This document shows positions 33,386 through 42,214 of a stretch of 64,000 nt of DNA, in pieces (the stretch's first letter is position 1; each line of letters starts with the position of its first letter). Source of the DNA: an uncultured Candidatus Saccharibacteria bacterium (GTDB lineage Bacteria; Patescibacteriota; Saccharimonadia; CAILAD01; CAZGYV01); assembly GCA_964530725.1 (NCBI GenBank), contig CAZGYV010000001.1:15829-79828 (forward strand). The letters are read 5' to 3'. A model generated the notes under the pieces. The model saw only the letters and a list, made by a program, of their open reading frames with translations. It had not been told where the DNA came from and did no database searches. Position numbers and translations under genes: made by a program.

Positions 33386-34370
33386 TCATGGTTCTTTTGT
33401 AATAATAAAGCCCGAGCGGCACATAGAGCCACAGGGCGATCAAGCGGTAAACCGTCACCACCGACAAGCTTAGGGCGAATGGCTGGCCCAATGCCACAAA
33501 GGTTGCCACCATTGTCGCCTCATAGACCCCAATGCCGCCAGTGAAAATTGAAGCCAGTGAAAACACTAGCGCTAGAATATAGCCGGCAATCACTAGCCCT
33601 GGATTGACCGCTGTGCCAAAGGCCAGAAAAATAACGTAGATCGAGAAGATTTCAAATATAAAATAAGCTAATATCGACATAATTGGCCCTTTTAAGCGTA
33701 AGTGGTTCTTGCTGATGTAGTCCAGGGCACCGTAAAACTCATCGACAAATTTCTCGACGTTCTTGATCGACAAAGTACTATGTTTAAACCGGGTCATGAT
33801 AGCATTAATCGGCCGGGTCGACCAGACAAGTAGTTTTTTGGTCAAATCACGCGAAAACAACAATACTGCGGCCATGACGCCAATGATTATCACGACAATT
33901 AAAAATATTAAGACAATCTTAAAGCTAATCGCGGCTACTTGATCGGATAAAAAAAGCAGCAAAAAGGCCAAGCCAGCAAAAAATAAAAAGCAGAAGAAGC
34001 TTATTGGATACCAAAATATCTGCGCGATCGTGACAGTGTGGCTATCGAGCTTATCTTCCAGCTCGCGTGACATATACGACACCCCTGATATACCGCCGCT
34101 TGGGAAAACCGTATTAACGAAATTCATCCCCATCACGACCGGAAAAAGTCGTTTGTGTTCGACATCGTGATTAAAAATTTTAAAAAAACTCTGAAAATAT
34201 TTTGTATTTGCCCAATAGCTGAGGTAGCGAACGATTAAAATCGTGCTTAGTATCCAAATATTCATGTTCTGGATTAGATTTTGCAGGTTCGCAAAGTTGT
34301 CGATATTGCGTGCGAATAAAACGCCAATCACCACAATAGCGATAAAAAACAAAAAATGGCGGGCTTTCAT
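33339..34370 (-). CDS. polytopic membrane protein, LPG-synthase-TM/UPF0104 (flippase-like) family
   Basis: About 8 TM helices. The general architecture and the C-terminal GGIGVYEATMV motif are typical of PF03706-like proteins. Confidence 0.45.
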   Translation of the reverse strand: MKARHFLFFIAIVVIGVLFARNIDNFANLQNLIQNMNIWILSTILIVRYLSYWANTKYFQSFFKIFNHDVEHKRLFPVVMGMNFVNTVFPSGGISGVSYMSRELEDKLDSHTVTIAQIFWYPISFFCFLFFAGLAFLLLFLSDQVAAISFKIVLIFLIVVIIIGVMAAVLLFSRDLTKKLLVWSTRPINAIMTRFKHSTLSIKNVEKFVDEFYGALDYISKNHLRLKGPIMSILAYFIFEIFSIYVIFLAFGTAVNPGLVIAGYILALVFSLASIFTGGIGVYEATMVATFVALGQPFALSLSVVTVYRLIALWLYVPLGLYYYKRTMIDENNQPAKKSHRGK

Positions 34371-34443
34371 GGTTATTATTCTATCCCATATCGTCTCGCA
34401 GGACTAATAAATGAATTACCGTTTTTGAGGTATACTTTTAGTT

Positions 34444-35610
34444 ATGAAGATTGCGATTTTAGGACGTGTTGGCGAGCTGTGTCGGGCTGAACTCGAAAGC
34501 TTGTCGAGTTCAGAGTGCGAGCATCTGACTGATAATATCAGCCTGATTGGTGATCGTCAGGAGCTGGATATTGCCTACTTGGGCGGAGTAGTCAAGCTCG
34601 CGCAAGTTATTTATGACGGAGAACAGACTAGCGCCAATGACATACAAGATACCGTGACAAACTTTTTACGCCAAAAAAATCTTACCCATAAAGTTTCTTT
34701 TGGCCTCAGCCTATATGGGGACGTGCGAGCGCTTCAAAAGCAATCCTCGTCCAAACTTGGTATTAATATCAAAAAGCACTTAGTCAAAAATGGCATGTCA
34801 GCTCGTTTCGTGCCGGCCAAAAATCGGCAGTTTTTATCAGCCGCTCAAGTTTTGTTTAACAATCTCGCCGGTCAAGACGACAAAGGCTTTGACTTTGTCT
34901 GCCTGTTATTTAAAAAGCGCCTGATCATCGGCACTACAATGGCAGTACAAGATATCCTAAGCTATAGTAAGCGTGACTACGAGCGCCCTTGCCGCGATAT
35001 GGTCGTCGGCATGCTGCCACCGAAACTCGCGCAAATTTTGATTAATCTCGCTCGCCCCAACCCCGGCCAAGTAGTTTGTGATCCCTTTTGCGGTAGCGGC
35101 GTCGTCTTACAGGAAGCTTTGCTGGCTGGTCACCAGGTATGCGGCAGCGATATTAGCTCCAAAATGATAGATTGTAGTCAAAAAAATCTAACTTGGTTGG
35201 CAGAAAATTATCAAATTAACCAACCTTTTAAATTATCAGTTCAGGATGCAACTCAATTGACTGATTTACCACCGAATTGCGTTATCGTAAGTGAAGGTTA
35301 TCTTGGGGAGCCTCTCGACAAGTTGCCGGCCTCGAAAACTCACCAAGCGCAAATCAATAAGCTAGAAGCTTTGTACTTAAGTTTTCTTGGTAATTTAGCG
35401 AAGCTAGCAAACTCACCTGAGCGGATCGCTATTTGCCTGCCTGTTTGGCAATCGGATGGCAATATTATCACTCTTAATATCATTGACCAAATTGTTAAAA
35501 TGGGGTATACTTTAGAACAGTTTGCTGGTGCCGACAGCAAAAAAATGATCTATTTGCGACCCAAGCAAATTGTCGGCCGCCAGGTATTAGCGCTAAAAAG
35601 AAAGGTCTAG
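34444..35610 (+). CDS. SAM-dependent RNA (guanine-N2) methyltransferase-like protein (UPF0020/Trm11-like)
   Basis: MLPPKLAQILINLA...VCDPFCGSGVVLQEALLAGHQVCGSDIS: motif I DPFCGSG with the preceding substrate-clamp region. Confidence 0.65.
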   Translation: MKIAILGRVGELCRAELESLSSSECEHLTDNISLIGDRQELDIAYLGGVVKLAQVIYDGEQTSANDIQDTVTNFLRQKNLTHKVSFGLSLYGDVRALQKQSSSKLGINIKKHLVKNGMSARFVPAKNRQFLSAAQVLFNNLAGQDDKGFDFVCLLFKKRLIIGTTMAVQDILSYSKRDYERPCRDMVVGMLPPKLAQILINLARPNPGQVVCDPFCGSGVVLQEALLAGHQVCGSDISSKMIDCSQKNLTWLAENYQINQPFKLSVQDATQLTDLPPNCVIVSEGYLGEPLDKLPASKTHQAQINKLEALYLSFLGNLAKLANSPERIAICLPVWQSDGNIITLNIIDQIVKMGYTLEQFAGADSKKMIYLRPKQIVGRQVLALKRKV

Positions 35611-35614
35611 TTAA

Positions 35615-35887
35615 GTGTCAAAGACAAAAGCTGGTGGTTCCACAAAAAACGGCCGCGATTCACAATCCAAACGACTGGGCGTGAAGCTTTTTGGCGGTCA
35701 AATGGTCAAGCCAGGAGACATTATTGTGCGTCAACGCGGCACCAAATTCGAACCCGGTAAGAATACTGGCCTTGGCGTTGACCACACTATCTACGCCCAA
35801 ACTGCCGGTCAAGTAGTTTTCTCGAAAACTCAAAAAACGCTGTTCACCGGATCGGTTAAGCGCAAAACCCTAGTTAGCGTTGAATAA
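35615..35887 (+). CDS. rpmA: 50S ribosomal protein L27
   Basis: [43 protein letters not shown]; GTG start. Confidence 0.95.
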   Translation: MSKTKAGGSTKNGRDSQSKRLGVKLFGGQMVKPGDIIVRQRGTKFEPGKNTGLGVDHTIYAQTAGQVVFSKTQKTLFTGSVKRKTLVSVE

Positions 35888-35890
35888 TAA

Positions 35891-36304
35891 TTAACTCGGC
35901 TGGTCTTTTGACTCGCCTGCTGTCTGGCCTTGAGTACCTAGTAGACGGCGGATTTTGGTTACAACTTCACCAATCGTAGTCTGCGATTTTACGCAGTATT
36001 CATTCGCGCCTAGAGCCATCGCTTTGGCAACGTCTTTTTCCTGCGACAAGGCTGATAAGACAATAATTTTTATGTGCTTCACCCCGTCAGTGTTGCGCAA
36101 AATATCAAGCGTGTCGTAGCCGGAAATCCGTGGCATCATGATATCAAGTAAAATTAAATCTGGCTTGTGCTCAGCAGTTTTGGCAAGCGCGTCCTCGCCA
36201 TTCGAGCACCAAAACACGTCAAAGCCCTCGGCCTCAAGCCTGGTTTGATAGGCCGAAGCTAGTTCTTGATCATCTTCAACAATTAATATTCTATGCTTTA
36301 CCAC
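35891..36304 (-). CDS. single-domain response regulator (CheY-like receiver)
   Basis: ILIVEDD..., DLILLDIMMPRISG (phospho-acceptor Asp) and IIVLSA...K. There is no output domain. It overlaps the pyrG 3' end by 14 nt. Confidence 0.85.
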   Translation of the reverse strand: MVKHRILIVEDDQELASAYQTRLEAEGFDVFWCSNGEDALAKTAEHKPDLILLDIMMPRISGYDTLDILRNTDGVKHIKIIVLSALSQEKDVAKAMALGANEYCVKSQTTIGEVVTKIRRLLGTQGQTAGESKDQPS

Positions 36305-37946
36305 CTCTTACTCCTTTACGGTTAATGATAGTAGCCTGCTGGGACTTGGCAAAATGTTTGGCAGCGCCGATAAAATCTCTAAAAAGCGGATGCGGACGGT
36401 TGGGTCGCGACAAAAATTCTGGATGGAACTGGCTGGCGATATAAAATGGATGATCTAGTAATTCGACTATTTCAACTAGCTTTTCATCCGGCGAAAGCCC
36501 GCTTAAAACCAAGCCGCATGCCCCAAGTTGCTCTCTATAGCTATTATTGAACTCGAAACGATGCCGATGCCGTTCGATGATTTTGGTCTTACCATAGGCC
36601 AAGAAAGCCCGAGAATTTTTACTTAAAACTGCCGGATAATCACCTAGGCGCATCGTGCCGCCGAGGTCAACATCAACCTGGTCGGCCATTATGTCGATAA
36701 CCGGGTACTTCGTATCAGGATCAAGTTCGGTCGAATGCGCACCCGATAGGCCAGCGACATTGCGGGCAAATTCAATCACTGCGATCTGCATGCCCAAGCA
36801 CAACCCAAGATAAGGTACTTTATTCTCGCGGCTATACTGGGCGGCTACAATCTTGCCTTCCGTACCACGATTACCGAACCCACCAGGAACTACCACGCCG
36901 TCCACGTCAGCCAGCTCGTCAGTTGAAACCTCAAGCTTCTCAGCATTAATCCACTTAATCTCAACCTGCAGGTTATGATACCAGCCGGCCGCTCGAATCG
37001 CTTCGCAAACACTCATATAAGTGTCCTCGTGGCTCAAATATTTGGCAATAACAGCAATCTTAATCGAGTCTTGGCTGTTTTTTATGCGATCAACCAGGCC
37101 GTACCAATCACTCAGCTTAGCCGTTCGCTTAGGCAACTCCAGCGTTTTTACGATATAGTCGCCGATACCACTCTCTTCCATGCGCAACGGCACCTCGTAG
37201 ACTGTCTTGGCTGTCGGCAGAGATACGATCGCTTCATTGTCAACATCGCAATACATGCTTAGTTTTTCAATCGCCGATTTAGACAGCTCATGATCGCTGC
37301 GCACGCACAAGACGTCGGCTTGGATGCCTACTTCGCGCAAATCACGGACGCTGTTTTGAGCTGGCTTTGTCTTCAGCTCCTTGCTCGCGCCCAGGTATGG
37401 TACGAAGACGAGATGGACATACAGAACGTTAGCGGTCCCGACGCGGCGCTTGAACTGTCGGATCGCCTCCATATTGGCCATCGACTCGTAGTCGCCGACC
37501 GTGCCACCGATTTCGACGATGTGAATTTGACTGTTTTTGCCGGCCTCAATAATTTTACGTTGAATTTCGTTGGTGATATGAGGAATTATCTGCACCGTCT
37601 TACCCAGAAACTTACCTTTGCGCTCAGCCGCGAATACACTGGCAAAAACCTCACCGTTCATGGTTGAGCTAGCTTTGGTCAACTCTCTATCGATAAAACG
37701 CTCGTAGTGTCCCAAGTCAAGATCAGTCTCACCGCCGTCTTTGGTCACGAAGACCTCACCGTGTTCTGCCGGGTTAAGCGTGCCGGCATCCGTGTTCAAG
37801 TACGGATCGCATTTTTGCATGCTGACAACAAATCCTCGCGCTCCGAGAATTTTACCGAGTGAAGCTGCCGTTATGCCTTTGCCGAGACCCGACATCACGC
37901 CGCCAGTCACGAAAATATACTTGGTTTTTCCTAGTTCATCCACCAT
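36291..37946 (-). CDS. pyrG: CTP synthase
   Basis: KYIFVTGGVMSGLGKGITAASLG, and a GATase domain with GLCLGMQ and HRHRFEFN. Confidence 0.95.
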   Translation of the reverse strand: MVDELGKTKYIFVTGGVMSGLGKGITAASLGKILGARGFVVSMQKCDPYLNTDAGTLNPAEHGEVFVTKDGGETDLDLGHYERFIDRELTKASSTMNGEVFASVFAAERKGKFLGKTVQIIPHITNEIQRKIIEAGKNSQIHIVEIGGTVGDYESMANMEAIRQFKRRVGTANVLYVHLVFVPYLGASKELKTKPAQNSVRDLREVGIQADVLCVRSDHELSKSAIEKLSMYCDVDNEAIVSLPTAKTVYEVPLRMEESGIGDYIVKTLELPKRTAKLSDWYGLVDRIKNSQDSIKIAVIAKYLSHEDTYMSVCEAIRAAGWYHNLQVEIKWINAEKLEVSTDELADVDGVVVPGGFGNRGTEGKIVAAQYSRENKVPYLGLCLGMQIAVIEFARNVAGLSGAHSTELDPDTKYPVIDIMADQVDVDLGGTMRLGDYPAVLSKNSRAFLAYGKTKIIERHRHRFEFNNSYREQLGACGLVLSGLSPDEKLVEIVELLDHPFYIASQFHPEFLSRPNRPHPLFRDFIGAAKHFAKSQQATIINRKGVRGGKA

Positions 37947-38000
37947 CTACGAAAACCTCTGTTTAAACCATAATAACCCTTATGATTTATAGCAGTCAAA

Positions 38001-39218
38001 TTATATTTTAGATTTGATCACTTCTAGAGCCCGATCGAGCTGCGGGTCACGACCGGCATTGTAGTCTTGGTCCGATTGTTTGACCTCGACATCTGGCTTA
38101 ACACCTTCTTTTGAGATATTAACGCCTTTTGGTGTATACCAGTGCGCGACAGTTATCTTGACAGCCGTACCGCCCGACAAGTCGAAAAGTTGTTGCACGC
38201 TGCCTTTACCAAAAGTCTTCTCACCTACCAATGTAGCCCGATTGTTATCACGCAGAGCGCCAGCCATAATCTCCGACGCCGAAGCACTGCCGCCGTTAAT
38301 TAGCACCACGACGGGTAAATTAGTCATCGAGCCACCTGGAATAGCTCGGTGGACGATACTATTTTCTTTGCGCGAACGTTGCTCAACGACCACGCCGTCA
38401 CTTAAGAATTCACTGGTGACATCAACTGCGCCCTGCAGATAACCACCTGGATTATTGCGTAAATCTACCACCACACCGCGGGCGCCCTGACGCATTAGCT
38501 CTCTCGCCGCCCCATCAACTCGCTCGACCGTGTCGTCGCCAAAGCGGCTGATTTTAATTAAGCCGATATTACCAGTCTTTAGCTCGGATTTCACACTCTC
38601 GACGGTGATCTCATCGCGAGTTATTTTATATTCCTTGGGGTCGCTACTACCTCGAATAATCGTTAGTTTTACCTCGGTGCCTTTTTCGCCGCGAATTTTT
38701 GACACCGCCACGTCGAGCGACATGGCCGAGGTTTCTTCGTCATTGACAGCCACGATAATATCACCGGCCTGAACGCCAGCTTTGGCCGCCGGCGCATTGT
38801 CAATCGGTGCGATCACAGTTAATTTATCGTTTTTAATGCCAACTTCGATACCAACACCCTTGAAGTTGCCCTTAAGATCGCTGGAGAGCTCTTGGGATTG
38901 CTCGGCCGACAAGAAAGCTGTGTAGGGGTCGCCCAATGATGCTACCATGCCCGCGATCGCGCCTTCGACCTGTTTGTCACTACTAATATCACCGTCAAAA
39001 TGCTTGTGCAGCAGCCCGTTGACCTTCCAGTACTCACTCATGTCATGCTTACTTTTAGTTGAATTAGTGCCAAGAGCACCAATGCTAATATTGGGGTTTA
39101 ACTTGCTAAACAAAAATCCCAACGCGAAAGTTACTATTCCAACGACAATAATTTGCGCTAAATGATTATTTTTCGGCCGCCCGTGATTGGGCGTCTGATT
39201 TGTGGCATTATCCTTCAT
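38001..39218 (-). CDS. S41-family C-terminal processing peptidase
   Basis: PDZ (PAAKAGVQAGDIIVAVNDE), VVLINGGSASASEIMAGAL (catalytic Ser) and TFGKGSVQ (Lys). Confidence 0.9.
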   Translation of the reverse strand: MKDNATNQTPNHGRPKNNHLAQIIVVGIVTFALGFLFSKLNPNISIGALGTNSTKSKHDMSEYWKVNGLLHKHFDGDISSDKQVEGAIAGMVASLGDPYTAFLSAEQSQELSSDLKGNFKGVGIEVGIKNDKLTVIAPIDNAPAAKAGVQAGDIIVAVNDEETSAMSLDVAVSKIRGEKGTEVKLTIIRGSSDPKEYKITRDEITVESVKSELKTGNIGLIKISRFGDDTVERVDGAARELMRQGARGVVVDLRNNPGGYLQGAVDVTSEFLSDGVVVEQRSRKENSIVHRAIPGGSMTNLPVVVLINGGSASASEIMAGALRDNNRATLVGEKTFGKGSVQQLFDLSGGTAVKITVAHWYTPKGVNISKEGVKPDVEVKQSDQDYNAGRDPQLDRALEVIKSKI

Positions 39219-39252
39219 AAGTGTAAATAAATGTCAGCAATAAACCTTAAAG

Positions 39253-40362
39253 TTAGTGAATGAAAGTCACAGCCGAGGTTGGCCAATCACTTTCGCTGTA
39301 GTGTCCCGTCATATCGGCGTTATATTCTGATACATGGACAGTGGCACCATTATTTTTAATTGATTCGACAATCATCACGTGGCCATACCGCCCGCCGCCA
39401 TAGACCGCGATCGCGCCAACTTCGGGCGAGCTGTCCACCCGGTAGCCAAAATTGCGCGCCCAATTCGGCCAGGTCTTGGCATCGGCCGGCCCCATTCTAC
39501 CCCAGGCCGGAATAGGCCGACCAATATTGGCCCGCCGCCAAGCCGCGTAGCTGGTACATTCGCGGTAGTAGAAGCCCCACGGGTCAGCTCCGCTATCTTG
39601 CACCAAGTGAGCCCACGGATAGCCGCCGGTACCACCATAGACGTTATTACTTGACCGAGCGGCAATGGCAGCTGCTTGCTGAGCTTTCAGTTTCGCGACA
39701 TCAGCCTTGTCGGATGAGACCAGTTGCTGGTAAGCCGCTTCTTCGCCTTGGGTTTTTGATAGTATACTCTGCTGTTCGTCTCGCTGTCGGTCAATATTAT
39801 CGACCTGGGCTTTTTGCTGAAAAGCTAGGATATCAAGCTTATGCTTTTTCTCATCAAGCTCGCGTTTAAGCTGATCAATTTTGACTAGATTTTCATTAAC
39901 CTTCTGCCTGATAGCAGACAGGTACTCTTGTTTGGAAACATAATCGCTCAAATTATCACTCGAAGCCAATAGCTCGAGCGTGCTGATATTGCCCTGCTTG
40001 TACATGACGACCATGTTTTCTTTGAGGATCTTTTTCTGCTTCTCCAGATCCTCGTTGGCTTTTTTGAGTTGCTCATTAGTCTGGGCTATCTGCAATTTTG
40101 TCACGTTTAGCTCAGCCTGAGCGGAATTAATCTGCCCCTGCAAGACGGCCAACTTATTGTGCAAAGTATTGGCCTCGGCTTGTTTTTGATTGACGGCCGT
40201 CTGATTTTGGTTAATCTTTTCATTAAGAGCGTTGATTTTATCATCGTACTCATCGGCCAAAACCACGCTTGGGACCAAGCCCAATACCAAAACCAAGCAA
40301 CAAATACTTGCTAAAATTTTTGTTTTAAATTGAATTTTAATTAGACCCTCCGGCTTTGTCAT
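39253..40362 (-). CDS. PcsB-like coiled-coil + CHAP-domain peptidoglycan hydrolase
   Basis: Signal/TM, ~200-aa coiled coil (Q/K/E/L heptads), and a C-terminal CHAP domain (YRECTSYAAWR...GHVMIVESI). Lies immediately downstream of ftsX. Confidence 0.85.
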   Translation of the reverse strand: MTKPEGLIKIQFKTKILASICCLVLVLGLVPSVVLADEYDDKINALNEKINQNQTAVNQKQAEANTLHNKLAVLQGQINSAQAELNVTKLQIAQTNEQLKKANEDLEKQKKILKENMVVMYKQGNISTLELLASSDNLSDYVSKQEYLSAIRQKVNENLVKIDQLKRELDEKKHKLDILAFQQKAQVDNIDRQRDEQQSILSKTQGEEAAYQQLVSSDKADVAKLKAQQAAAIAARSSNNVYGGTGGYPWAHLVQDSGADPWGFYYRECTSYAAWRRANIGRPIPAWGRMGPADAKTWPNWARNFGYRVDSSPEVGAIAVYGGGRYGHVMIVESIKNNGATVHVSEYNADMTGHYSESDWPTSAVTFIH

Positions 40363-40393
40363 TAGTACTAATTATAACACACCCAATCAAGTC

Positions 40394-41305
40394 CTAAAGC
40401 TTCAGATAGCGCGAGATCGCCAGCCAACTCGATATCACGCCTATCAATATACCGAGGCCAAATTCCGCCCCGACGACCAGCAGTAAACGTTGTGAAAAAA
40501 AGTTGATTACTTCGGGCGCGTTAAAGTAACTGACAAAGAATGGCCCCATCCAGCGAATAATCGGCAGTGATATCAAGACCGAAATGGTGGCTCCCAGTAC
40601 GCCATAGAGCGATCCCTCGACGATAAATGGCCCGCGGATAAACCAGTTGGTCGCGCCGACTAGCTTCATAATTTCAATCTCTTCGCGGCGGGTAAAAATC
40701 GCCATACGGATAGTATTGAAGATTATCAACAGCGAAATTACCAGGAAGGCTGTCGAGATAATAGTGCCGGCCTTGGCCACGCCATTGCTGATTTTGATGA
40801 TTTTCTCGTAGATTTTCTTGCGCGTGTCACTATCATCGTAGCTGGTAGACTTAATTATCTTCGAGTAGTCAGGTGCTTTGATAATATTGTTTATCTGATC
40901 GAGCTGACCGGCGTCCTTGGTCTTGACCTCGAGTGAGGCGGGTAGCGGATTGCCGATATCGGGCACTTTCTCGGTCAAGCTTTTACTGTCTTTGCTGATC
41001 GACTCGAAGCGCTTGAGAGCATCGGCCTTTGACACGTAGGTGACCGACTTAACATTATCAAGCGCGACTAGCTTAGCTTGCAGCTCCTTAATCTGATCGG
41101 TCGTGGCCTCGTCTTGTAAGAAAATGGCCAAATCGATTTTTTCCTTCACGGCTGTTAGCTGGGTGTGCAAAAACATGGCCGAAAAAGCGAAAAATGTCAC
41201 GATGACGAGCGTCACTACCATGATGGCGGTAGCGGCCGTCGATAACCAGGCATTGCGGAAGAGATTGCGAAAACCAGTCTTGAAAATTCGCCACAACGTT
41301 GTCAT
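40394..41305 (-). CDS. ftsX: cell division permease-like protein FtsX
   Basis: N-terminus RNLFRNAWLSTAATAIMVV, an extracellular domain, then three C-terminal TM helices with EIEIMKLVGATNWFIRGPF. Confidence 0.9.
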   Translation of the reverse strand: MTTLWRIFKTGFRNLFRNAWLSTAATAIMVVTLVIVTFFAFSAMFLHTQLTAVKEKIDLAIFLQDEATTDQIKELQAKLVALDNVKSVTYVSKADALKRFESISKDSKSLTEKVPDIGNPLPASLEVKTKDAGQLDQINNIIKAPDYSKIIKSTSYDDSDTRKKIYEKIIKISNGVAKAGTIISTAFLVISLLIIFNTIRMAIFTRREEIEIMKLVGATNWFIRGPFIVEGSLYGVLGATISVLISLPIIRWMGPFFVSYFNAPEVINFFSQRLLLVVGAEFGLGILIGVISSWLAISRYLKL

Positions 41306-41457
41306 AAAAACACCCCTCTAGAAATAGTCGACCCAAACTGCATCATTTGCGGCAAGTTCAAGGAAAGAACGAGCAGCACAATGAGGCGTACGCAACGGTA
41401 CGATGAACGAGCAGCGCAGTTCTTGACACAGAAATTGCCCAAAGAATTAAGCCCCAT
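41302..41457 (-). CDS. candidate 51-aa Cys-containing small membrane protein between ftsE and ftsX
   Basis: MGLNSLGNFCVKNCAARSSYRCVRLIVLLVLSLNLPQMMQFGSTISRGVFL. Its ATG shares its A with the ftsE TGA (TGATG) and its TGA overlaps the ftsX ATG (ATGA). It is below the ORF-track size cut-off. The paralogous DNA copy at 60793-60890 is not intact in this frame. Confidence 0.35.
   Translation of the reverse strand: MGLNSLGNFCVKNCAARSSYRCVRLIVLLVLSLNLPQMMQFGSTISRGVFL
41355..41450 (-). repeat. copy A of a ~95-nt intergenic element (post-ftsE)
   Basis: About 70% identical, with the same block spacing, to 60793-60890. Shared blocks are GTTCAAGGAA, GAGGCGTA and TTCT(T)GAC(A/G)CAGAA. The internal hairpin is CGTAC-n6-GTACG. 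Confidence 0.6.
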
Positions 41458-42155
41458 CACAGCACGAACCTCCCGACCTTCTCGTCTTTAATAATCCGCC
41501 CACGGTTAATTGTCACGACTCGTTTTTTGAGGGCGTTGACGATTTCTTTGTTGTGCGTCGTCAGCAGGACGGTGGTGCCGAATTTGTTGATCTTAAGCAA
41601 TAACTCAATAATATCCCAAGCGTTTTTGGGATCAAGGTTACCGGTCGGCTCATCAGCGATTAGAATCTTGGGATTGCGCACCAAAGCTCGAGCGATGGCA
41701 GTACGCTGTTTCTCGCCGCCCGATATTTCACCCGGGTAATTGTTGGCTTTTTCTGATAAACCGACCAATTGCAGTATTTTCGGCACTGCTCGCTTAATCT
41801 CAGACGTTTTGACCCCCGATACTTCGAGCGCGAAAGCCACATTTTCATAAACCGTTAGATTGGGCAGCAGCTTAAAATCCTGAAAAACCACCCCAATACG
41901 CCGCCGCAGATGCGGAATATTTGCCTTATCGATAGTGTCATAATCAACGCTGCCGACAATAATTTTACCCGAAGTCGGCACTTCTTCCTTAATAAGTAAA
42001 CGAATCAGCGTCGATTTACCGGCCCCAGAGGCGCCAACAATCGTCACAAACTCTTTTGGGCTGATATGTAAAGATATCCCAGAAAGCGCCACTGTCTTAT
42101 TGGGATACATAACTGTAACACGATCTAATAAAATCACTCTACTATTGTAACGCAA
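41457..42155 (-). CDS. ftsE: cell division ATP-binding protein FtsE
   Basis: GASGAGKSTLIRLL (Walker A), ISGGEKQRTAIARAL (signature), ILIADEPTGNLD (Walker B). Confidence 0.9.
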   Translation of the reverse strand: MRYNSRVILLDRVTVMYPNKTVALSGISLHISPKEFVTIVGASGAGKSTLIRLLIKEEVPTSGKIIVGSVDYDTIDKANIPHLRRRIGVVFQDFKLLPNLTVYENVAFALEVSGVKTSEIKRAVPKILQLVGLSEKANNYPGEISGGEKQRTAIARALVRNPKILIADEPTGNLDPKNAWDIIELLLKINKFGTTVLLTTHNKEIVNALKKRVVTINRGRIIKDEKVGRFVL

Positions 42156-42214
42156 ACTTAGCCGTAATTTAATAGCCGCTTGGTTTTTTTTCGAGCTATT
42201 TCGAGGTTACCAGT

